A DNA stretch of 64,000 nucleotides, taken from Octopus sinensis (lineage: Eukaryota). Location: positions 23,250,001-23,314,000 of the forward strand of contig NC_043012.1 in NCBI RefSeq assembly GCF_006345805.1. The letters are read 5' to 3'. The notes under the pieces were generated by a model that saw nothing but the letters and a program-made list of their open reading frames with translations, was not told the origin of the DNA and ran no database searches. Position 1 is the first letter of the stretch. Each line of letters starts with the position of its first letter. Below are positions 51,687-64,000 of the stretch, one piece after another. A program made the position numbers and the translations under genes.

Positions 51687-53337
51687 ATGATGATGATGTA
51701 TGTATATACATATGTATTTACATACATATATGTATATACACATACATGAATGCTTGTGTGAAGGGCTTTCAGTTTCTGTCCACCATATCCACTCAGAAGA
51801 CTTTGGTCAGCTTGGCCAGGACTATAGTAGAAGACACTTGTACAAGGTACCACACAGTGGTACTGAACTTGAAAGCACATGGTTAGGAAGCAATCCTTAC
51901 AATCATACGTGTGCCTATAGCAATCACTACTATAATTATGAAAAAAAATTTCTAGCCAACAGGAAATATTATTTTATTTGGAAATGGATGTATGTTGGCA
52001 ATGGAAATGGCCTCTGGCCACAGAAAATCGGCCCCCAACAAATTCCATCCGACTCATGCCGGCATGGGAAAGTAGATGTTAGAATGATGATGATAACAAT
52101 GGTAATGACGATGAAAGGACATTGTTTTTCTCTTAGCTCTTACTTAAACCTGCCACTGTTTTCTATTAAATGCAGGAAATATCTAAATTAGATCCTTCTA
52201 TTTCGGTTTATTTGAGCTCATAAATCCATGCCAGTTCACCACTGAATTGTATATTCCTCAGGCTCAATTGTGTTCTGGTTGAGAAACAAATGTTATTTTA
52301 CTTTTTATCTACATCTGTAACAAATCAGATATAAAACAATTTTTTCAAAAGGAGAAACTAGATTTATTTTTAACGATTCAAGTCTTAATAATTGCTAGAC
52401 TTTTCACTTCTCTACTACATCTAAAGTTATTCCAAAATCAGTTGTGGAATGAATGTTAGTTAGTTTGTCGTATCCAGGTGATTTATAAAGGGCTTTTTTT
52501 TTTCATTATTTTCCTCTTTTAATTAATTTTAAGTGTGGGTGACAAAAGTAATGGCTATATAACTATCAAAACGAAATTACAAAATACAAAAAAAAACATA
52601 AATCATATTTTTTTATCTTCATTTTTGTTTTTGTTTTTTTGTTTTTTTCTGGTTGTTGTTAAGAAATATCATTTGTAATTTAGAAAATATGCTAACTTTC
52701 AGGAATTCTTCTTCTTTGTATCATGTAGCCATTCTTTCAAACAAGGTATCTTTCTTTTCATTTTTTGGTGTTCCATTCTTGACAAATTAATGCTTTCTCA
52801 AAGAGAACAGAATCTCTTTATAATTATAAACTGTCTGTAACTTGAACTGATGAACCAGACGACAGTTCTTGCTATTGTTCCCCACAGAAAAGCTTCAAAG
52901 AATCTCTTTACACAGAGAAATCTAATAAATCTTTTTCCATTTCAGCTCAGAGGATGGAATCTGCCAATAAGTTTAGTTACGGCAATGAAGTGTTTGCAAT
53001 TAGGAAAAAAAAAGAAAAAAAAAAAAAAAAACCAAAACCAAAACAAACTCTGTCTCCCTTCTATCTTTCCTCCTCTTCCTCCTCCTCCTCCTCTTCTCTC
53101 TACCTTTCTATGTGTTAAGGTTGACCAATGAGGCTTGAACAAAAGAAAGTGCACATATTATTTTTTTTTCTTTCCTGTCAAAGAGAAAGTCTGTTGTTAC
53201 TCTTCAGCTTGATGTATGTAGCCTTGTAGTTTATCGTTGGTACATTCTAATATTTCAGAATCTAAAAAAGTCTGTTAATTATTTGCATTTTTTTTTCTTT
53301 CTTTCTTCATTTATCATTATTGATTCATTATTACTAA

Positions 53338-53370
<33 letters not shown>

Positions 53371-54054
53371 ATCTTCTGTTATTCCTTTTTGATAAAATTT
53401 TGATGTAGAAAAAAAATATTAAAAAAATATAGAAAAAATAGATAAAAAGGTTTCCAGGCATGAACTGCTACAAGGAAATCTGAGATTTAAAACAGTAATC
53501 TAACATTCTCAGTCACTTTTTTTGTTTGTTTGTTTGTTTGTTGTTTTTTTTTCTTGTTTTTTTTTTTTTAGCTCTCACCAGCTTGACATACAATACATAA
53601 AACAAAAATAAGACAAATAAAAATGAAAAAATAAAAAAAATGATTTACAGATATCAAAATGAAGAGAACCAAAACATAAGATCATATACAGGAAATAAGA
53701 TACCCAAGTTTTATAAGGAAAGAAAAGCATTTTAAAAGGAATACTATGTTTTTACCGTTCTTCAAACCTGGAAAATTCTGAGAGAAAAGATAACATAAAA
53801 TTGACAGAACTTGACAAAATTATCTGTCAAAAATGTAAAATTTCTGAACATTTCAATCCTGTGTATTATATAACCAAAGGCATGGGGCGGGGCAGGGCGG
53901 GGCGTTGGGTGCATAAAGTCTGAGAAAATAAAGTCAATTCTAATATGAAATTATAAATTTATAGAAATATATACAGGTGCAAGCATGGCTGTGTGGCTAA
54001 GAGGGTCACTTTGCCACGAAGTGGTTTTGGGTTCAGTCCCAAGTGGAAGCATAT

Positions 54055-54460
54055 CTCTTTTACTCTCTTTTACTCTTTTACTTGTTTCAGTCATTTGACT
54101 GCGGCCATGCTGGAGCACCGCCTTTAATCGAGCAACTCGACCCCGGGACTTATTCTTTGTAAGCCCAGTACTTATTCTATCGGTCTCTTTTGCCGAACCG
54201 CTAAGTGACGGGGGACGTAAACACACCAGCATCGGTTGTCAAGCAATGCTAGGGGGACAAACACAAACATACACGCACACATATATATACATATATACAA
54301 CGGGCTTCTTTCAGTTTCCGTCTACCAAATCCACTCACAAGGCTTTGGTCGGCCCGAGGCTATAGTAGAAGACACTTGCCCAAGGTGCCACGCAGTGGGA
54401 CCGAACCTGGAATCATGTGGTTGGTAAACAAGCTACTTACCACACAGCCACTCCTATGCC
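54055..54460 (-). mobile_element. SINE family B
   Basis: Reverse complement of 11753-12160; sits directly after a truncated older SINE head at 53976-54050. Confidence 0.88.
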
Positions 54461-55062
54461 TATATGTTTAGGACATTCGGCTCACAATCATAATGTTATG
54501 AGTTCTTAATGGTATGTTGTGTCTTTGAGACTCTATTTCGTGTTGCTCCAGTCCTTTCAACTGGCAACAATGAGTTGTACCTGTAATTCCAAGAGGCCAT
54601 CCTTGTCACCTTCTGTGTCATGCTGAATCTCCCTGAGAACTACATTAAGGGGACATGTTGTATTCATGATCACTAGATCCTGATTTCAGTTCCTAGACTG
54701 GGTGGTGTGTTGTGTTCTTGAGCAAAACACTTCATCTTCGTGTTGCTTTGCAATCACTCGAACACCTGGCACGTTCAGACAGCATTGATTTGATGGATGG
54801 ACCGGGTTAATGTGTGGCACGAAATTTGATCACGATAAACAAATCATTTGTGCAGGCCTTGTGGCAAAAGCTGAATGTTCATACGTCATATTCACTGGCA
54901 GAATCCATCACACATACGTATATCATCATTTAATGTTTCCCTTTCCATGTTGGCATGGGTTGGACAGTTCGTTAAGAACAGATGAGCCAGAGGACTGTAC
55001 CAGGTTCTGTCTGGTTTGGCATGGTTTCTACTGTTGGATGCCCTTCCCAATGGCAGATGTAT

Positions 55063-55996
55063 ATATATATATATCTATATAGTATGTGTATGTGTGCATG
55101 TACATGATTGTATTTGTTTCCACTGCTTGACAACCAGTATTGGTTTGTTTATGTCCCCATTATTTAGTTTTAAGAATCTAGGAGAAAGTGATGATCAAAA
55201 CATATCGGATAGTGTAGTTTCAGATCTTTTGTTTAAATGAAATACAGGGGAATGGTCAGGAGTCAAACCTCTTTGATCAGAGATTTTTATGATAGTTGCT
55301 GAACTGCTGCAAAATAAGGCCACAGCATAAGCAAGGAAACATTTATGTCGACTAAACAACAGATGGTTTCCTTATTTCTTTATAGAAGCAGGAAAAACTG
55401 TAGGTTATTTCTTTGTAAGTATCCTTTATGAAACCTACCCAAATAGCATGTGTGAACTCAAGATGTAATGGTGGAAGTTTGATAAATGAGAGAAATGAAT
55501 GCATTTAATATTACTTCGAACTGTCATCTTCACCATTTCATGGCCATTTTCCATACTGGCATGGTGTCACAGAAGCTGGTAAGGCAGCGGACTGCACCAA
55601 GCTCTATTGTTTGGCTTTGGCATGGGTTCTACGGCTGGATGCCTTTCCTGATGGCAACCACCAGATGCTTTTTATGTGGCACCAGCAAGGTCATTGAAAC
55701 ACTCTTAAGATGACCCCTAAACTGATTGGTGGTGGTGGTGATGGTGGCAGGGTAGTATTGAGGGAAGTGGCTTTGTGCCAGATGATGCAGTGAGAGAGCT
55801 ATATATATATATCTATATAGTATGTGTATGTGTGCATGTACATGATTGTATTTGTTTCCACTGCTTGACAACCAGTATTGGTTTGTTTATGTCCCCATTA
55901 TTTAGTTTTAAGAATCTAGGAGAAAGTGATGATCAAAACATATCGGATAGTGTAGTTTCAGATCTTTTGTTTAAATGAAATACAGGGGAATGGTCA
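55063..55996. repeat. Direct duplication of ~196 bp (55063-55258 and 55801-55996)
   Basis: Identical by eye with offset 738; the ORF track shows the same peptide ending at 55240 and 55978. Confidence 0.9.
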
Positions 55997-56712
55997 TCCC
56001 ACTTGAAAAAGAGAGAGAGATGATGATAAAGGTATGTCAATGCATAGACCTCAAATCACAGGGAGGTGAATATAAGTGGAGGAGAGAGAGAGAGACATAT
56101 TGGGGCAGGGATAGGAAGGTTATTTATCCAGGGCAATAGAACTCCTACTATTAGTCCATGCAAATACCCCAAAATTGACCCATGTTGGAGAGGATGGTAT
56201 GAGAAAGTATGGATACTGTATTTTCCAACATATAAGTTGAATTTTTTTTTCTGACCAAAATTTACAGCCAAAAGAGGTGGGTCGATTTATATATACACCA
56301 AGATGATGTAGGAAGACCAAAAATTCCATGTGAAATTCAACAGGATTTGGAAAAGTAGTAGCAATATTTGAATGTGTAGACTATACAGTATATATAACCA
56401 TATGCCAGAAAAATAACTTTTTTTTTATTTTTGCAAACCATGGGTGTGTGTGTGAGTGGGGGTACCTATACAATGCTATTCAGTGAATGGTAGAGTGCTG
56501 AACTAGATAGAAAAGGTTGTGAACCATTGATCTAGAGAGAAAGAGACAGATTAAAGGAAACAGCTAGTTTGAAAAAGGTGTGAAGTAGAAAAAAACAGGA
56601 TAGAAAGCGTAAACAGGAGAAGGATAAAGATTGAATATTGTTGGTGTGAGTTATCTGATCAATTAGGATTATTTGACTGTATGGTATGTTAGTCATTAAA
56701 GAGGATATATTA

Positions 56713-56916
56713 TACTCTTTTACTTGTTTCAGTCATTTGACTGCGGCCATGCTGGAGCACCGCCTTTAGTCGAGCAAATCGACCCCGGGACTTATTCTTT
56801 TGTAAGCCCAGTACTTATTCTATCGGTCTCTTTTGCCGAACCACTAAGTAACGGGGACGTAAACACACCAGCATCGGTTGTCAAGCAATGCTAGGGGGAC
56901 AAACACAGACACACAA

Positions 56917-56961
<45 letters not shown>

Positions 56962-57120
56962 TACGATAGGCTTCTTTCAGTTTCCGTCTACCAAATCCAC
57001 TCACAAGGCATTGGCCGGCCCGGGGCTATAGCAGAAGACACTTGCCCAAGATGCCACGCAGTGGGACTGAACCCGGAACCATGTGGTTGGTAAACAAGCT
57101 AATTAACACACATCCACTCC
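56713..57120 (-). mobile_element. SINE family B
   Basis: Reverse complement of 11753-12160. Confidence 0.88.
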
Positions 57121-57356
57121 TAATAAAAATAATTATTATGATAAAAATAATTTCATATTTATCTTTTGTTATCACAGCTAGAACTATCTTCAGTCAAAAA
57201 TCTGCTAATCTTAAGTTCAATAACATTTGCAATAATCATTTGGAAGAAATACCAAATTCTTGTCAATATATTAAAAACATTTTTGTTTTATCTCATTTTA
57301 GAAGTTTAAAATGAAGAAAAATAGCGCTTAATTTTTTTGGATTTCTTGTTTTGCAG

Positions 57357-57591
57357 GAAGTTGAATTGATAACAGGGCTTGGAGTGAATATTCCTGAAGA
57401 TGAGCTAGCGCGAATCCAGTTCAACGCTACAACAGCTAATGACCCAGCAATCTTGGTCATAGCTCTCCTTCAGCATTTCTTTTCAGACGAAGTCCTAGCG
57501 AGGTCTACAGCCACTTCATGCAGGGGTAAGGGCCGTGCTAAACATTCCACATCGCAACCTCTGAATCAACAAATAATGGAAGCCATAAGAC
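57357..57591 (+). CDS. BEN-domain gene, coding exon 3 (N-terminal part of BEN domain)
   Basis: Acceptor ttttgcag|GAA; EVELITGLGVNIPEDELARIQ...PAILVIALLQHFFSDEVLARSTATSCRGKGRAKHSTSQPLNQQIMEAIR matches the BEN pattern LL..FF..E.L...S..G......PL....++AI; donor C|gtaagt, phase 1. Confidence 0.92.
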
Positions 57592-60045
57592 GTAAGTTTA
57601 GCCTCATTAAATAATCTCCATAGAAGCTATTTTGTTTTCCTACAAGAAACGTCTCTTCTCCGCCCACCTAGCTTGCACCCCCCTCTAACATTCAGATTAC
57701 ACTGTCAAATGTAATATATGTTCGTTAAAATTGCCTTGAATTACTCATGCATTGCCTCATAGCTTTCAGATTTTGATGATGTGATTGTTTATTTTTAGAA
57801 TGACATTGTAGGATAGGTGTGAGAGGCTGGATCTGGCTGGTTTTGAACATATAACAGGTAGAATATATTTGAGGCAGATAAAGCCAGGTTAAAAGTAGTT
57901 TTATTGGGCAAATAAAAATGAGATATAGTTGTAGACTTATATGAATAAGAAGCTACACTACAAAAATACGGGAATCTCCCTGTTATCAACAACCAATTTT
58001 TTAATCTCCCTGTTATCAATAACCAATTTTTTTTATTTACTAAAGGATTAGTGAAAGAACTACTCACTAGTTGTGAAAGAACTATCACACTTGTGAGACA
58101 GGTGTAATAGTAGAGTGGTGGACTTTCAGAATAGGTATCACGACCTCATGCAGACGAAATTGAATCAGAGATCAATAGTTTATTTACTACTCCAGTAGTA
58201 AATAAAAGAAATCGGTTGTTGACAATAGGAAAGTACCAAAATATGCTCAATCCTAAATAAGTTTGTTTATCTGACATTTTAAAGCTTTATTCTATTTTCA
58301 CTTTAATTGATTGTTCAATACTATACAGTGATATAGATTATTAAAAATCAATCCAGTGAACCTGATCTGAATTGTCAGTTTCCATCAGGCTTCAAACAAG
58401 ATTGTATCAGTAATGTTGGAGTCAGCATCATCATCATCATCATCATCATATTCTCTTTTCAATGCTTGTATGGGAAAGTTAATGTTGAGGAAGTCAATGT
58501 TTGTTGGGGCAAATTTTCTATGGCAAGATGCCCTTCTTTTGTCAACCGTCACTTGCTTCCGAACAAGGTGCTATTTCCCCATGACCAGTCTTGTTTGCGC
58601 AGAACACCAGAAACGAAGGACACTACTTGCACAATGGTAGTATTCGTTTATAAGTATCAGAGATGTCAAGGCAAAGAAACAGTCACATGCAACCACACAC
58701 ACACGACAGGTTTCTTTCAGTCTCTATTTACCAAATCCACTCACAAATCTTTGGTTGGCTCAGGGCTATAGTAGAAGACATTTGCCCAAGGTGCCACACA
58801 GAGTGACTGGACCTGAGACCATGTGGTTGGGAAACAAACTTCTTATCACACAGCCATACCTGTATCATGCCTGAGTATGATTTCAAACTGTCAGTTGTTG
58901 GCTATCGCAAGAGATCTAACCCAGCAGACACACAGTTTCACATCAAAACAGTATTCTTAAATTCATCATCATTGACGTCACCATTTAACTTCCATGCTGG
59001 CATGGGTTGGGAGCTTTCACAGGATATGATGAGCCAAAGGATAGTACCAAGCTCCAATGTCTACTTTGGCCATATTTCCTGTCTGGATGCCCTTCTCAAT
59101 GCTAACCACTTTACTGTGTATTGAGTGCTTTTTACATGGCATCGGCACCAGTGAGGTCACCCAAGAACTTGCAAGACATGACTTTTCAACCGAAGTGGGG
59201 GACTAGTGTCATTCTAAATGTTTTTTGTTTTTTTTGATACCTCATATGAACCGGCAGTTGATTGCCAATATACTAATTTACTCTTCCTGTCACAGTTGTT
59301 ACTTAATCAGCAAGAGATTGATTAAAACATAGCATTTAAAAAAAAATTATACATCATCATCATCGTTTAACGTCCGCTTTCCATGCTAGCATGGGTTGGA
59401 CGATTTGACTGAGGGCTGGCAAACCAGATGGCTGCACTAGGCTTCAATCCTGATCTGGCAGAGTTTCTACAGCTGGATGCCCTTCCTAATGTTTATATAT
59501 ATATATCAAACAATTATTTCATGAAAGTTGGTGTTGCTTATTAAATGAGCCATACTCTTTCAATCCTTTCATTGCCATGTTTCTGTTGAAATACACTGCT
59601 TTTGTTAATTTAGAAAATTATAAAGAACTCAGAATAAGTGTCTTTGTCATTATTAAACTTTGGAACAGAATTTTAATGGAAGACTTTAACTTGGATCACT
59701 TTAACCATTTCATAACCACATTTCTGTTGAAATACACTGTCTCTGCATCGATTCATTTTGAAAATGACAAAGAATTCAGTAAACTAAGGTAGTTATTATG
59801 AAATCTGGAACATAATTTAACTTTTTACAGAAAGTTTAAATTTAGATCATTTCAAAAAGGTAAGTTTGCAACATAGAACTAAATGCAGTGTCAGGCAGGT
59901 TGGTATCAAAAGAGTTAAAAGACCAACTTGATTTATAATAATTTGTTGTAAGTATCTAATGAATATATTGGACAAAGTATTTTTACTGAAATTAATGCAA
60001 ACGATAAAATGGTGGTAACTGGACTTTGCGCTGTTTTCTTTTCAG

Positions 60046-60302
60046 GGTTTTCTGTTTTATATTCCCGAAAGATAAACCGATCTTTGACAGAGACACAAGT
60101 TAATCGCATCGCCGCTAATAAGATAGGAACAGCTAAAATGGCACTGAAAAGACGCAGAGAAGAAAACTCCCTTGCTTCTAGAGGTCTCCGTTTTGGTAAG
60201 ATATCACGAAATTCTGAAAGCGTTAAGCCCAAGGAAATGACTGTACCAACAGACGAAGATCTTAATTTTGTTATCAAAGTTGAGAAGGATAATGACTTTT
60301 AG
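60046..60302 (+). CDS. BEN-domain gene, terminal coding exon 4
   Basis: Acceptor ttttcttttcag|GG completes the phase-1 codon CGG; RFSVLYSRKINRSLTETQVNRIAANKIGTAKMALKRRREE... supplies the last BEN helix and a basic tail; TAG at 60300-60302. Confidence 0.9.
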
Positions 60303-60367
60303 ATGATTGAACCATTTATTTTGATCATTTACTTATAAAATTACTATATTTTTCAGGAAATATGTAA

Positions 60368-60390
60368 AATAAAACAATATTTTTAATAAA
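60368..60390 (+). terminator. Candidate polyadenylation signals of the BEN gene
   Basis: AATAAA at 60368 and 60385, 65-85 nt after the stop, followed by a T/GT-rich tract. Confidence 0.55.
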
Positions 60391-60637
60391 ATAAACTTGT
60401 TTTATTTTTTTCTCTCTTGTTACCTGTGTCTTAATTGAATTTACTGTCTCGTCTGGTGTGTGGAAGTTAAATAAATTACTAAACATGGCTGAGTCACAGG
60501 CCTGGCTGTGTGGTTAAGAAGCCTGCTTTGTAACCATGTGGTTTCAGGTTCAGTCCCACTGTCTGGCATCTTGGGCAAGTGTTTTAGGCAGATGCCTTGT
60601 GAATGACTTTTAGAGATGGAAACTGTGGATGCTTGTC

Positions 60638-60682
<45 letters not shown>

Positions 60683-62080
60683 GTGTGGTGTGTGTGTGTG
60701 TATTTATATATGTGTGTGTGTGTGTTCCACCAACAGGTTGACAGCAAGTGTTAGTTTGTTTATGTCCCTGTAACACTTAGTGTATCAGCAAAAGGTACCA
60801 ATAAAATAAGTATTAAGCTTACAATATTTATTGAGGTCGATTTGTTTGACTAAACTTTTCAAGGCAGTGCCCCAGCATGGCCACAGTCAAATGACAGTAA
60901 CAAGTAAGAAATAAAGGTAAACGAAAGATAACGATTATTAGTTTGTATTGATTCAGTCAATGATAAACAAAACTGATGAATTAACAAATATTAATGGTTC
61001 TACAAGAGGCGTCGGTGTGGCTGTGTGGTTGGAAGTTTGTTTCTCAACCACATCCCTTAAGGTTCAGTCTCACTGTATGACACCTTGAGCAAGTGTCTTC
61101 TACTCTAGCCTCAGGCTGACCTTGGGATTGAATTTGGTTGACAGAAACTGAAAGAAGCCCATGGTATATACACATACACACACAAACATATGCGTTACTG
61201 TCTCCTTGCCTTGGTTTCATGTGACAAGTTTTAAATGAATGGTACCATCATGCAAGCTGTGCCCTTTCTTTCCAATCTTCTATGAAAACATGTCTGATCA
61301 TGGGAAATATTACCTGGCTTTGAAACAGGTGAGGGTTGGCAACAGGATGCTCATCTCCCTCAAATTCTGTCCAACTCATGGAAGCATAGAAAAGCAGATG
61401 TTAAAATGATGAGGATGATGGTAACCACCACCACTAGTGCTCCTCTTACAACTAGGAAAGAAAAAAAATATGCCCATACAAAATTTTCAAGATCAAAGTT
61501 TTTTAAATGAAGGTATCTGAGCAATGGTTACTTGCATGAATGTACACAAAGCTTATTTCTGCACACACACACACACACAACAACAACAAAAATTGCACAT
61601 CACCACAATTTATGTCTTCTTTCCATGCTGTCATGGGTCAGATGGATCATAAAAGTCATCCCTGTCAGTTCTTATTTGGGGCTACTGACTTCCCAACATG
61701 TTGGGGACCTGACTGTCTCATATATTCAATCTTTTGGCATGGTTTCTACAGCTGGATGCCCTTCCTAGCACCAATCACTCTATAGACTATATTGAGTACA
61801 TTCTTATTATGTCACCAACATTAGAGAGGTTGACAAGCCCTTGGCAAGACCAAAGAGTTTTCTTAATATTGTCTCCATTCACCGATCTCTTTACAGTCAA
61901 CATGTCTGCACATCAACTCCATGAATGTCGCTCATGTAGGAGAAACTGCAAAAATTACTGGTTCTACCTCATCCAGGAGGAGAGAAGCAGTGACCATGTG
62001 AATGGTCCCAAGCATGGGAGTGGACATTAAATGATGATGATATATATATATATATATGTGTGTGTGTGTATGTATGTATG

Positions 62081-62149
<69 letters not shown>

Positions 62150-62447
62150 ATGTATGTATGTATGTATGTATATATATATATATTATATATATATATATAT
62201 CATCATCGTTTAACATCCGCTTTCCATGCTAGCATGGGTTGGACGGTTCGACTGGGGTCTGGGAAGCCAGGAGGCTGCACCAGGCCCAGTCTGATCTGGC
62301 AGTGTTTCTACAGCTGGATGCCCTTCCTAATGCTAACCACTCCGTGAGTGTAGTGGGTGCTTTTTACGTGCCAGGCGAGGCTGGCAACAGTCACAATCAG
62401 TATATATATATATTATATATATATATATTATATATATATATATATCT

Positions 62448-62777
62448 AGACCCCCTTCGGTCATGAATGACCATGGGATTGCACCTAGAAAGTTACCCTC
62501 CTAGACACAAGTCCGGGCAAGGTTGTTTATGGAAGACCAGCAGTCGCCCATGCATACCAGCCTCCTCTCTCCACGCCACCAGTTTTATCCAAGAGAAAGA
62601 CAAAGGTCGATACAGCTTGGCACCTATGACGTCGCAACTCATTTCTACAGTGAACTGGAGCAACGTGAAATAAAGTGCCTTGCTCAAGAACACAACACGC
62701 AGCCCGGTCCAGGATTCGAGCTCACAACCTCACGATCGTAAGCTCGACGCTCTAGCCACTGAGCCATGCGCCTTCAC
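62448..62777 (-). mobile_element. tRNA-derived SINE, family E
   Basis: Minus-strand head gtgaaggcgcatggctcagtggctagagcg...gagctcgaatcctggaccgg (A and B boxes), then tgtgttcttgagcaaggcac; flanked by (TA)n. Confidence 0.8.
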
Positions 62778-63130
62778 ATATATATATATCGGTTATATAT
62801 ATATCTGTCCACTCCTCTCACTATGTGTGTGCCTGTGCATGGGTTATATCATTCAACAAAAGGTATCTAAGTCAGCAAAAAGATAAACAAGTACCTTGTA
62901 CTCTTTGTCACTTTCACAGTTGGAAATGCAGTGAACAAAAAATTAACCCATTTAAAACCTGTAATCAATGATACTATTGTTCACAAATTGTAATATAAAG
63001 ATATTATATCTAAGCCTTTAAACCAGCCATATCTGACTCAAATATTCTACCCGTTTTATGTTTAAAGCAGCCAGAAACAGCCTCTTCAACTTACACTACA
63101 GTATCATTTTGAAAAATAAACGATCATACA

Positions 63131-63511
63131 GGCGCAGGAGTGGCTGTGTGGTAAGTAGCTTGCTAACCAACCACATGGTTCCGGGTTCAGTCCCACTGCG
63201 TGGCATCTTGGGCAAGTGTCTTCTGCTATAGCCCCGGGCCGACCAATGCCTTGTGAGTGGATTTGGTAGACGGAAACTGAAAGAAGCCTGTCGTATATAT
63301 GTATATGTGTGTGTGTTTGTGTTTGTCCCCCTAGCATTGCTTGACAACTGATGCTGGTGTGTTTACATCCCCGTCACTTAGCGGTTCGGCAAAAGAGGCC
63401 GATAGAATAAGTACTGGGCTTACAAAGAATAAGTCCCGGGTTCGATTTGCTCGACTAAAGGCGGTGCTCCAGCATGGCCGCAGTCAAATGACTGAAACAA
63501 GTAAAAGAGTA
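63131..63511 (+). mobile_element. SINE family B nested in MITE 1
   Basis: Matches 11753-12160; MITE halves at ~63010-63128 and 63512-63625. Confidence 0.88.
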
Positions 63512-64000
63512 AACAATCATATCATTGGAATCTTGAAATTACAAAATAATACCTCATTCATTTAAAACAATGTGAATAAATAACAATTGCAATTTGACTA
63601 AATTTTCAGAAATGCAAAAGGTTTAAACATATATATCCATAGACACACATACATGTATTCATGCATACTGGTGTCAAGGCAGTGCCCCAGTATGGCCAGA
63701 ATCAAATGACTCAAACAAGACACAAAAAAAAATAGTCACAGCAAAACAGCTGTTTTTGTTCCTCTCTCATACTTTAGTCTCTCAACACTTGACATAAAAC
63801 CACTCCCCCACTCTCTCTACTGTAGTCCCACTCCATTGAGGGGTTTCTTTTTGTCTTGTGAGTTGGTGACTTCACTAATGACATTACCATGAAAGAGGCA
63901 CCTCGAATGCTCTGTGAAGTGATTGGCATCATGAAGAGCATATTCAAGCATAGAAAGCACAACAAAGCAGACTTCCGAGCTCAGTGTAGTTCCTCTTCCT

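Noticed and set aside
59933-60277. 114-aa minus-strand ORF
   Set aside because: Antisense shadow of BEN exon 4.

Overview
AT-rich eukaryotic genomic DNA dense in microsatellites and transposon remnants. The repeat content suggests an octopus/cephalopod genome (inference). One well-supported host gene is present: a + strand gene with four coding exons (35832-35912, 43246-43830, 57357-57591, 60046-60302) that splice in frame to a 385-aa protein with a low-complexity N-terminal half and a single C-terminal BEN domain. A CpG-enriched candidate promoter lies at ~29.6-32.5 kb. Most ORFs in the supplied track are microsatellite or SINE artefacts. Repeats include several tRNA-derived SINE families, CR1-, RTE- and R4/Dong-like LINE remnants, Tc1 and mariner remnants, two non-autonomous Helitrons, TTAA-flanked MITEs and Penelope-like terminal repeats. 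Best leads: (1) a rearranged, non-circularly permuted hammerhead ribozyme in a Penelope-like repeat (~613-674, - strand), whose second copy (37247-37301) starts at the predicted cleavage site; (2) minimal type I hammerhead-like motifs in other Penelope-like remnants; (3) a captured MAGUK/L27-like gene fragment inside a split SINE in an intron; (4) a palindromic-core minisatellite with (TA)n spacers in the candidate promoter. All calls were made by eye, with no database searches.
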